NCBI GenBank assembly: GCA_947085095.1
Contig: CAMTVD010000013.1
Location: 32,001 to 96,000, forward strand
DNA: 64,000 bases
From: an uncultured Thermus sp.
GTDB taxonomy: Bacteria; Deinococcota; Deinococci; Deinococcales; Thermaceae
Direction of reading: 5' to 3'
Under the pieces are notes generated by a model, which had not been told where the DNA came from, did not search any database, and saw nothing but the letters and a program-made list of their open reading frames with translations. Below are positions 47,001 through 54,763 of the stretch, one piece after another. Positions within the stretch are counted from its first letter, which is position 1; each line of letters starts with the position of its first letter. Made by a program: the position numbers and the translations under genes.

Positions 47001-49341
47001 GGGTGTTGCGGGCCGCCTCGAGGACCGCCGCCAGGGAGAGGAGGCGCTCGTAGGCGGCCCCTTCGGGGGTGTAGGGGTCGTAGAGGTCCCGCACCCCTTG
47101 CCGCACCTCCGCCCGGCTCCAGACCTGGTGCACCTGCCTGCCCAGCTCTGAGAGGTAGGCCGGGCCCTGCTCCAGGACCTCCAGGACCGTCTGGCGGAAG
47201 AAAACCTTGCGGAAGAGGTCCTGGAAATGGCCCGCCTGGAACTCGGCGTCCTGGCGGTTGTCGGTGAAGGCGATGATCTTGCGCTCCCCTTCCGGGAGGG
47301 TGCCCAGGGTGCTGAGGAGGAGAAGGTCGGTGGCGGTGGAGCGGCCCACCAGGCCAAAGGCGGAAAGCTTCCTTATCTCCCCGCCCCGGCGGGAGTGGGC
47401 CACCTGGCAGGTGGGGCAGAACTGGAAGGGGTAGGGGAGGACGGCGAAGGGCACCCCCTTCTCCCCCCTTGCCCCGGTGAAGGGGTCCAGGAGAAGGTTC
47501 TGGGGAACCAGGTTCCGCTTGTCCCGCTTCACCTCACCGTCCTCCAGCCAGTCCTCGGGGAGGGGTTCTCCCTCTGGGTTCCAGAACCCGGGCCGGAGGT
47601 AGCGCACCTGCCCGCTGGGGGACTCCATGAGGGAGGGGCCAGGGAGGTGGACCCCGTTTTCCAGGCGGGCCACCAGGTACTCCTGGCCGCAGTTGCGGCA
47701 GAAGACCACGGGGTAGGCGGGCTTGCCCTCCAGGAACCTTTCCCCTTTGAGGGAGAGGGGCTTCAGGTCCAGGGGGGCGGTGAGGTCGGGGGCCTGGGCG
47801 TAGAAGGCGTGGATGCGGGGCACCAGGTAGCCCGTGGCCGCCCCCACCTCGAGGCCCAGCCGCACCTCCGCCTGGGCCCGGTCCTGGGGGATTCCCTCCT
47901 CCTTGGCCAGGGTTTCCGCCAGTTCCCTTAGGGTCCGGGGTTCCTTTAGGGCTTTTTCCAAGAAAAAGACCACCTTCCTTACCCGCTCCTCTCCTCCAGG
48001 CCTTTCCTCCACCCGCTTCTTCAACTCCGGGGGGAGGGTGGAGAGGTCCAGGGGAGGGGGGTCCTCGAGGGTCTCCCCGATGACCCGGGTAACGGGAACG
48101 CCGAAGAGGTTTTCCGCGAAGCGGCGGATGGCCTCCTCCCCCCGGTCCACGGTGGCCGAGGTGCCGATGGCCTGGAGGCTCTTGGTGGTCCCCGTGTGCT
48201 GGCGCAGGCGGCGGATGAGGAGGGCCACGTCGGCTCCCCGGAGGCCCGCGTAGGCGTGCACCTCGTCCAGGACCAGGTAGCGCAAGACCCCCCGGTGCTC
48301 CGGGGGAAAGAGGTAGCGGTCCTCCCCTCGGGTGAGGAGGAGCTCCAGCTGGACGTAGTTGGTCATGAGGATGTCCGGGGGGTTTTGCCGGATCTCTTCG
48401 CGGCTCAGGACCTCGGCGTCGCTCACACGCCTTTCCAGGGCCAGGCGCTCCCTGAGGACCCGCCCCTCCTCCCGGCTCACGGGGGTCTCCCCGGTGTAGA
48501 GGGCGATGCGGAGGCCGGAGCCGTGGAGCCTTAGGGCGAAGTCCCGGTACTGGGAGTTGGCCAGGGCGTTCATGGGGTAGACGATCACCGCCTTGATGCC
48601 GGGCCGCCTCTCCCTCAAGGCGTAGGCCAGGATGGGCATGCCGAAGGCCAGGCTCTTGCCTGAGCCCGTGCCCGTGGCCACCACGAAGCTTTCCCCGTGA
48701 TGGGCCGCCCTAAGGGCCTGCTCCTGGTGCACATAGGGGTGGAAGGGGGTCAGGTCCTGGAAGTCCTCGGGGTTGCGCCGGAGGAGGGGGCGGATCTCGG
48801 GGGGCAGGAGGCCCTCCCGGATGAGCGCGTCCACGCTTAGGCCCAGGCGGTAGCGGCGCTTTTGCGCCACGAAGGGCTCCCGCCAGAGGAGGTCCTCCTC
48901 CTCCACCCCCCTTCGCAGGAACTCGGCGATCTCGGGGTTGCGGGGGGTGACGAAGCTCTCGGCGTAGGCGCGGAAGCTATTTTGGATGGCCTCCAACTGA
49001 CTAAAGGGGTCCCGCAGGCCCGGGGTGGCCTCGAGGGCCACCTCCTCCAGGCCCAGCAGGGAGGCCGCCCAGGACCGGAGCGCCCTCGGCATGGTGGTAA
49101 GCCCCAGGCGGCGGGCGGCCTCCTCCTGGGAGAGCCCCAGGGCCAGAAGGGGCTGGAGGAGGGGCTTCAGGCTTTCCGGGTCCGCCTCGGAAACCCCGCT
49201 CCAGTCCAGGCTTTCCCCCTGGATGAGGCGGGGGAGGACCTGGGCGAACCAATGGTGAGGTTCCAGGTGGGACGCTTGGAGTTGAAGGGCCATCACCCAT
49301 AGTTTATGGGCGGCTTCTGGGTTGCGGTGGTCATGCATCAC
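44014..49341 (-). CDS. DEAD/DEAH (Lhr/MrfA-like) helicase with DUF1998 Zn domain and Vsr/DUF559-like nuclease domain (DrmA-DrmB/DruE-like)
   Basis: TGTGSGKS, YPMNALANSQ, DEVH, SAT, TLEMGIDIG, QRSGRAGR, CERACYDCL, SELE...LDFFY...VDGPSH; start uncertain. Confidence 0.9.
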   Translation of the reverse strand: MMHDHRNPEAAHKLWVMALQLQASHLEPHHWFAQVLPRLIQGESLDWSGVSEADPESLKPLLQPLLALGLSQEEAARRLGLTTMPRALRSWAASLLGLEEVALEATPGLRDPFSQLEAIQNSFRAYAESFVTPRNPEIAEFLRRGVEEEDLLWREPFVAQKRRYRLGLSVDALIREGLLPPEIRPLLRRNPEDFQDLTPFHPYVHQEQALRAAHHGESFVVATGTGSGKSLAFGMPILAYALRERRPGIKAVIVYPMNALANSQYRDFALRLHGSGLRIALYTGETPVSREEGRVLRERLALERRVSDAEVLSREEIRQNPPDILMTNYVQLELLLTRGEDRYLFPPEHRGVLRYLVLDEVHAYAGLRGADVALLIRRLRQHTGTTKSLQAIGTSATVDRGEEAIRRFAENLFGVPVTRVIGETLEDPPPLDLSTLPPELKKRVEERPGGEERVRKVVFFLEKALKEPRTLRELAETLAKEEGIPQDRAQAEVRLGLEVGAATGYLVPRIHAFYAQAPDLTAPLDLKPLSLKGERFLEGKPAYPVVFCRNCGQEYLVARLENGVHLPGPSLMESPSGQVRYLRPGFWNPEGEPLPEDWLEDGEVKRDKRNLVPQNLLLDPFTGARGEKGVPFAVLPYPFQFCPTCQVAHSRRGGEIRKLSAFGLVGRSTATDLLLLSTLGTLPEGERKIIAFTDNRQDAEFQAGHFQDLFRKVFFRQTVLEVLEQGPAYLSELGRQVHQVWSRAEVRQGVRDLYDPYTPEGAAYERLLSLAAVLEAARNTQPHLKNLEAAGLVRYTYRRLEELLKDEDLWQGVSAPLEVRRDYLVGLLDLMRRRGAIHHPLLNPYAFRSEVEEPLAAFPQEVFVDPVGAAILLESKALRAPRFGHTFGLYGERRPSPFEAWTMRALLLPRQEAQALLKRLVRALKEQRVLVPWEFPARGREKVVGLAISPTAILLEKTEGRFLFCPRSTYTGHLYALRLSPEYPAQALEEREVHPFYRELYQRRVFPLALEARSHSGQVPGEERRRLEERFRNPQDPLSVLVATPTLEMGIDIGALSSVYLRNIPPSPASYAQRSGRAGRKGQPALIQAFAGAQGHDQYFYRFPQKMVRGSIQAPRFLLDNPRLIKAHIRALVLEVLAQDGFSLPGKVGLAVDYEDQVHFYPLLPRFRKDLEERLARYREATLKAVKEAFAREMALFPWLNEDLIAGTVDGFVAEMDAELSPWREAYLDAQKRYTEYATRLGYMGPKHDHRDEVRAEVERADRERRYLVEMDFRDYLESRGFLPNYAFGRATTWAELHTPGGEVRRLERPIFIALTELAPGNSVYYGARRYHLERLAFVPKEDSFRPAKRCACGHVEEAEGASTCPSCGRNLAELPPSLRLLPPPVLLGLPRRRIGSEEEDRVRLGYQVEWHWRRRSPRVLAYRDVRLLYEHNAEVVALNQGLRAWFLDEEDDLPVGPGFVYCRRCRRFLLTQKELKEHPWREGGSGRCPQGGTEEDLRGGLVLEARAESDLVALEVPFPPELDRQQTTAFYKSLLAAFRKAALITLELSEEELFGFLQPTPEPRIPYRVVLVEGQEGGLGALAALAEWPSLEEPHPFHELVETALRLMHQGEEGCERACYDCLMDYGNQADHPHLDRNLVLPLFRQLLGAQFTETQPDGEDPRLARLLEACQSELERRWLLECHRRGVPLPERAQYTLEVGQTFTRLDFFYDRGVGVYVDGPSHEDPERAQKDRELRQRLTLLGVPYVVFRDGEPWDEAFAELVQLLRPGSRED

Positions 49342-49379
49342 ACGAGGGGGGAGGCGCGTATTGCCATACTGGACAAGCT

Positions 49380-51371
49380 ATGAGCACGAGGGAGCATCTG
49401 TACCGGACCTTAAGGGATCGGTTTGGCCTAGAGAAGTTCCGCCCTGGGCAGCTGGAGGCCATAGAGGCGGCCCTTTCGGGGAAGCGGCTTTTGTTGATCC
49501 AACCCACGGGTTGGGGAAAGAGCCTGGTCTACCAGATGGTGGCCGCTGAAAGGGGTTTGACCTTGGTTTTCAGTCCGCTTAGGGCCCTCATGCGGGACCA
49601 GGTGCGGGAGGCCGAAAAGTATGGGCTGAAAGCTCGGGTTCTTAACTCGGACATGGAGTTGGCAGAACAAGAAGCCATCCTCAAGGAAGTGAGCGAAGGG
49701 GGAGTGGATCTCCTGTACATTGCCCCAGAGCGGCGCAACAATGGTCTGTGGAGGGAATGGGTGGGCCTTCTTCCTATCCGGGCCTTGGTGGTGGACGAGG
49801 CCCATTGTATTTCCCAGTGGGGCCATGATTTTCGCCCCGATTACCGACGGATCATAGAGGTCGTGCGGTTATTGCCCCCGCAAACGCCGGTGATCGCGGT
49901 CACCGCAACAGCCACACAGCGGGTTCAGCAAGATATTGAAGCTCAGCTGGGAGGATCGTTGCACGTCATCCGCGGCAACTTGACCCGCCCCAATCTCAGC
50001 CTTCATGTCGTCCGTGTGGGAGACGAGGCAGAAAAGTTCGCAGAAGTGTACCGCTGGGTGAGCTTCTTAGAGGGGACTGGGATTGTTTATACCGCCACCA
50101 AAGCCTCCGCAGAAGCAATCGCCGCTTTCCTCCAGGAGAATGGCGTGGACGCCCGCTATTACCACGCAGATTTGCCTTCAGAAGAGCGAAAAGCCATAGA
50201 AGAGGCTCTCCTCAACAATGAGGTGAAGGCGGTTGTTTCCACAAATGCCCTAGGAATGGGGATTAACAAGCCCGATCTCCGCTTTATCGTGCACGCCGAG
50301 TTCCCGGGGTCGCTTCTGGCCTATTACCAAGAGATCGGCCGAGCTGGTCGCGATGGTCTGCCTGCTTACGCTGTGCTGGTTTATGATCCAGAGGACAGAT
50401 CCATTCAAGAGCACTTCATAAAAAACAGCAAACCTTCTGAGGAAGCCTACCAGCGCGTTCACCAGATTTTGCAAACGGAGGTTCTATCCATACGGGATCT
50501 TTCGCTAAAAACTGGCCTTTCGCAAACGGCCTTGAGGAATATCCTGGCTGACCTCGAGGACCAGGGTATCGTGGCGAAAGTCGCTACAGACTACCGGGCC
50601 ATTTCCTCAGAAATGCCTGATCTTTCCCATTACGAGCCCATTCGGGAACAGAAGAGGCGAGACCTGGAGGAGATGGTCCGCTATGTGGAAACCAGCTTGT
50701 GCAGGATGGAGCATATCTGCCGTTATCTGGGGGACTTAACTACTTCCCCCTGCGGGGTGTGCGATAACTGCGCGCCGCGGCACTGGCCGCCACTGAGTGA
50801 GGATGTTTTGGCTTCTGCCAGGGCTTTTGTCAGCCATCCTAGGATTCACCTTAAATCCAAGCTGAATGGGACTAAGGTTTACCAGGATGCTCGGGCCTTG
50901 AGCTACTACAATGGGACGCGCGTAGGGGAAACCATTTCCCGCTGCAAGTACGAGACCCACCAACCCTTCCCCGAGTGGTTGGTTGACGAAGCGGCTCAGG
51001 TCGTCAAGAAGTACTGGGGCGGCGTTGTGTTTACCGGCGTGGTGGCCGTACCTTCCACAAAGAGTGGGGATTTGGTGAGGAATCTAGCGGAAAGATTGGC
51101 CAGCAAGCTGGGACTTAGCTTCGTGGATGTGCTGGTCAAGACCAGGCACACGCGTCCGCAGAAAGACTTTACAAACCGCGCTCAGAAACGGCAGAACCTG
51201 CAGGGGGCGTTCGCTGTTGGGACCCCTTTAAGGGGTACGCTATTGGTTGTGGACGACGTGGCGGACTCAGGTGTCACCTTTGAGGAAGTGGGAAAGGCGC
51301 TAAGGCGGGCGGGAGCGGGGCACTTGTACGCCTTAGCTCTTGCCAAAACACGGCACTCAGACGACCTATGA
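49380..51371 (+). CDS. RecQ-family helicase fused to a ComF-like phosphoribosyltransferase domain
   Basis: PTGWGKS, DEAHCISQWGHDFRPDY, QEIGRAGRDG, CRM...CGVCDNC; C-terminal LLVVDDVADSGVTF PRPP loop. Confidence 0.9.
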   Translation: MSTREHLYRTLRDRFGLEKFRPGQLEAIEAALSGKRLLLIQPTGWGKSLVYQMVAAERGLTLVFSPLRALMRDQVREAEKYGLKARVLNSDMELAEQEAILKEVSEGGVDLLYIAPERRNNGLWREWVGLLPIRALVVDEAHCISQWGHDFRPDYRRIIEVVRLLPPQTPVIAVTATATQRVQQDIEAQLGGSLHVIRGNLTRPNLSLHVVRVGDEAEKFAEVYRWVSFLEGTGIVYTATKASAEAIAAFLQENGVDARYYHADLPSEERKAIEEALLNNEVKAVVSTNALGMGINKPDLRFIVHAEFPGSLLAYYQEIGRAGRDGLPAYAVLVYDPEDRSIQEHFIKNSKPSEEAYQRVHQILQTEVLSIRDLSLKTGLSQTALRNILADLEDQGIVAKVATDYRAISSEMPDLSHYEPIREQKRRDLEEMVRYVETSLCRMEHICRYLGDLTTSPCGVCDNCAPRHWPPLSEDVLASARAFVSHPRIHLKSKLNGTKVYQDARALSYYNGTRVGETISRCKYETHQPFPEWLVDEAAQVVKKYWGGVVFTGVVAVPSTKSGDLVRNLAERLASKLGLSFVDVLVKTRHTRPQKDFTNRAQKRQNLQGAFAVGTPLRGTLLVVDDVADSGVTFEEVGKALRRAGAGHLYALALAKTRHSDDL

Positions 51372-52393
51372 ACCCGCTTTACTGGATGCTTCTTGCTCAT
51401 AGCGAGCTCAAGCCTGGGGAGCGCTTAGAGGTCATTAAGCATGCCAAGAAGACATCTGGCTCCCTAGAAGCTTTTATTGAGCAGGACCTTCCCAATCTGG
51501 AGGGGGAACTTGCGCGTAAGCTGCGGGATGCCTTGGCAAAAGCTTCCACCACAGCGCTATTGCTAGAGGAGCTGCGGAGCCAGGGTATCAAGGTTCTGGC
51601 TGTGACCGACCCTTCTTATCCTCGCTCCCTCAAAGAGGGCCTCAAAAGCAAAACGCCCTTGGTTCTGTACGTTCTCGGGGAGCCAAGGCTTCTTAGCTTG
51701 GCCTCCGGCCTAACCTTAGCGATCATTGGGTCTCGCGAAGCCTCCGAGGAGGCTCTCAGATGGGCACGAAAGGCTGGCGCTCACTTTGGACTTGAGGGCT
51801 ACACCGTGGTGACGGGGATGGCTAGGGGCATAGACCTCGAGGCGGCGGAGGGTGCTTTGGAAGCGGGGGGTCGTGTAGTGGGGGTGCTTCCCTATGGCTT
51901 GCTCGTGGGTAGGGAAGTCCACCGTTTGGTTAAGAGGTACCAGGAGCACATCGTTGGTGGTAGGCTGGCTCTCGTTTCCGACCTTTTTCCTAAAGCGCCG
52001 TGGAAGGCCACTTGGGCCATGGCAAGAAACCGCATCGTGGTAGGGCTGGCCCATGGCATCTTGGTAGTGGAAAGCGGCCTTAAGGAAACTGAAGGCAAAG
52101 AGGGGAAAAAGCGGCTGAGCGGCACCTGGAACGCGGTGGAGAGAGCCAAAGAGCTGGATAAGCCCGTGTTTGTTTTGGAGCTTCCCGCGCCTGGTAATCG
52201 GGGCCTTGTTGAGGAAAGGCTAGGTCTGGCTGTGCCCTTGAAGGAGCCTTGGGAGACTTTCGCTTTTGTAGAGGATGAGCTTTATGCCCGGACCCGGGGA
52301 AGTCACGCGGCGGAAGTCCCTGGAAGCAGTGTTGAAGGCGGTAAGGGAGAGGGTCACAAAGGATCCGCAGTGCAACCAAAGCTATTTGATTAA
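51368..52393 (+). CDS. DprA/SMF-like (SLOG) protein
   Basis: DPSYP, AIIGSR, VTGMARGID, MARNRIV, VVES, GTWN; ATGA-coupled to the RecQ fusion. Confidence 0.88.
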   Translation: MNPLYWMLLAHSELKPGERLEVIKHAKKTSGSLEAFIEQDLPNLEGELARKLRDALAKASTTALLLEELRSQGIKVLAVTDPSYPRSLKEGLKSKTPLVLYVLGEPRLLSLASGLTLAIIGSREASEEALRWARKAGAHFGLEGYTVVTGMARGIDLEAAEGALEAGGRVVGVLPYGLLVGREVHRLVKRYQEHIVGGRLALVSDLFPKAPWKATWAMARNRIVVGLAHGILVVESGLKETEGKEGKKRLSGTWNAVERAKELDKPVFVLELPAPGNRGLVEERLGLAVPLKEPWETFAFVEDELYARTRGSHAAEVPGSSVEGGKGEGHKGSAVQPKLFD

Positions 52394-52432
52394 TCCCTAG
52401 TTCTGGCCCCTTAGAAGGCAGAGGAGGAGGGC

Positions 52433-54760
52433 ATGGGGGAGATGGTCCTCAAAGAAGAAGAAAAGGTCCTCTTGGCCCGGGAGCGTTATCTGTCGGCCTT
52501 TCCCGAGGAGCAGCGGGGGATAGCGGGAGAGCTTTTGTTCGCTGCCTATAGACAGCTGACTAAGGAGCGAGGACCGCAGATCAAAGTCATTCCCCCTGAC
52601 AGCCTTCTGGTGAGGGCCAGGCAGCTGGCCCAGGAGGGCTTAGAGGACCCATACCGCGAACAGGTTTTTAAGGAGGCGGCTCAGCACTTCCTGGAGCTGC
52701 CCCGGGAGGTGCTGGACGCGGGGCTGGCCTGGGTCTTCGCCTGGGTGCACCTGTCCCAGGAGACCCGCAATCGCTTGCGGCGGCGCGCAAGAGAGAAAGA
52801 GGGAGGCCCGGGCAAGCGGAGCCCGGATAAAGTGGAAGAAGCCCGCTTTGAGAACATCCTCCAGGCGGCTTACCAGGAGTTGGCCTCTGGGGTTAGCGAG
52901 CCCAAGAGCGTTGAGAACCTCTTGAGGCAGGCCAAGCTGGTCGCAGCCAAACGAGGCGACACCCAGTTCATCCTGGCGGCTGAGAACCCTGACGCTCTCA
53001 TTCCCTTGGCGGAGCGGGTTTTGGCCCAGAACCGGAGGGCGAGGCTGGCTTCGGTCTCGGCCCCACCAACCAAAGCGGAGGCCACGGAGGTGAAGCCCAC
53101 CCCTGAGCAAGGGGAAGCCGTTAAGCGCTACCTCGAGGGCCAGGACTTGAAGCTGGTGGCCGTGGCGGGAAGCGGGAAGACCACCACTTTGCGCTTTATG
53201 GCCGAGGCCGAGCCCAAAAAGAAGGTGCTTTACCTGGCCTTCAACCGCGCGATCAAAGAGGAGGGCGAAAGGGTATTCCCTGAGAACGCCGCGGTGCGGA
53301 CCCTCCACGGCTTTGCCCACAGCCAGGTGGTCAACTGGGACTACCAGAAAAAGCTGGACAAGGGCAAGGATAACCTGCCCCCTAGGGCCATTGCCGAGGT
53401 CTTGGAGTTGCCCCGGGAAAGGTATCTCTTGGCCTATGTGATCCGCGACACCTTGAATGCCTTTTTGACTTCCGCGGCGGACGCGCCCACGCTGGCCCAC
53501 CTCCCCGCAAGCTACCGCCTTCTCCGGGAACAGAAGAAGGGCTGGGACCTCGAGGCCGAGTACGTCCTCAAAAGCGTCCGGCTCCTCTGGAAGTTGATGC
53601 AGGACCCCCGCGATCCTTTTCCCTTGACCCACGACGGTTACGTGAAGATGTGGTCCCAAGGGAACCCCGTCATTCGCGGGTACGACGCCGTCCTGGTAGA
53701 TGAGGCCCAGGACCTATCCCCGGTTTTTCTCAATGTCCTCGAGGCCCATCAGGGCAAGCTTCAACGGGTCTACGTGGGCGACCCGAGGCAGCAGATTTAC
53801 GCTTGGCGCGGCGCGGTGAACGCCATGGGCCGCCTGGAAGCTCCCGAGGCCCGGCTTACCTGGAGCTTTCGCTTTGGTGTGGAGCTGGCCGAGGCGGTGC
53901 GGGCTTACTTTGACTACCTTGGAGATCCTCTACCCGTGACGGGTAAGGCGCCCTGGTCCACACAGATCTCCATGGAGGCTCCGGAAGAACCCTTCACGGT
54001 GCTGGCCAGAACCAACGCTGGAGTGGTGGAGGCCGTGGCCCAGCTGGCCTTGGGGCGCTCTGATAAGCCCAAGGTTCACGTGGTGGGCGGAGTGGAGGAG
54101 CTGGCACGCCTTCTCCTGGACGCAGACGATCTGAAGCACGGGCGGCCCCGTTCCTTTCCCCATCCCGAGCTTTCCATGGTCTGGACCTGGGAAGAGCTGG
54201 AGATGCTGGCCCAGGAGCTCCACCACCCCACGGCCAAGACGCTCCTCCGCCTCGCTCAGCGGTACGATCTGGCAAAACTGGCCCCCGCGCTTCGTGGGGT
54301 GCATGTAGACGAAGAAGGCGCCGCTACCTATGTCCTTTCCACCGCCCACAAGGCCAAGGGGCGGGAGTGGGATAAGGTCTTCCTCTGGGATGATTACCTG
54401 GAGGTTTGGGAGCCCAAGGTGCGCCAGACTTACCAGGAGAAGGGGGATGAGGAGGAGCTGAGGGAGGCGGAGAACCTCCTTTACGTGGCCATGACCAGGG
54501 CCCGGAAGTACCTGCGGGTGATGCCTCCGCTTCTCAAGGTGCTCCGCCGGGAGCTTCCCCCTCTACGGGAGACCCAAGCCCCTGAGGGCGGCAAAGGAGG
54601 GGAGAAGGTCATTGAGGCAAGGGTTGTTCAAGAAGGGCCCATGACCCCAGAGCCTCAGGGCCGGGGAGTTCTGGGCTTGGCCGCTTTCCTGGCCAAGATT
54701 GCCTCGGACCCTAGGATTCCGGAGGAGATCCGCCTCGAGGCCGCCTCCTGGTTGAAGTGA
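52433..54760 (+). CDS. SF1 3'-5' helicase (UvrD/FBH1-like) with about 200-aa N-terminal extension
   Basis: AVAGSGKT, YLAFN, DEAQD, VGDPRQQIY, SFRFG, STAHKAKGREW, YVAMTRA. Confidence 0.88.
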   Translation: MGEMVLKEEEKVLLARERYLSAFPEEQRGIAGELLFAAYRQLTKERGPQIKVIPPDSLLVRARQLAQEGLEDPYREQVFKEAAQHFLELPREVLDAGLAWVFAWVHLSQETRNRLRRRAREKEGGPGKRSPDKVEEARFENILQAAYQELASGVSEPKSVENLLRQAKLVAAKRGDTQFILAAENPDALIPLAERVLAQNRRARLASVSAPPTKAEATEVKPTPEQGEAVKRYLEGQDLKLVAVAGSGKTTTLRFMAEAEPKKKVLYLAFNRAIKEEGERVFPENAAVRTLHGFAHSQVVNWDYQKKLDKGKDNLPPRAIAEVLELPRERYLLAYVIRDTLNAFLTSAADAPTLAHLPASYRLLREQKKGWDLEAEYVLKSVRLLWKLMQDPRDPFPLTHDGYVKMWSQGNPVIRGYDAVLVDEAQDLSPVFLNVLEAHQGKLQRVYVGDPRQQIYAWRGAVNAMGRLEAPEARLTWSFRFGVELAEAVRAYFDYLGDPLPVTGKAPWSTQISMEAPEEPFTVLARTNAGVVEAVAQLALGRSDKPKVHVVGGVEELARLLLDADDLKHGRPRSFPHPELSMVWTWEELEMLAQELHHPTAKTLLRLAQRYDLAKLAPALRGVHVDEEGAATYVLSTAHKAKGREWDKVFLWDDYLEVWEPKVRQTYQEKGDEEELREAENLLYVAMTRARKYLRVMPPLLKVLRRELPPLRETQAPEGGKGGEKVIEARVVQEGPMTPEPQGRGVLGLAAFLAKIASDPRIPEEIRLEAASWLK

Positions 54761-54763
54761 AGC

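Noticed and set aside
51368..52393. Housekeeping competence dprA
   Set aside because: Atypical composition, coupling to RecQ-PRTase, a low-complexity tail in place of the usual winged helix, and a defence-island location.
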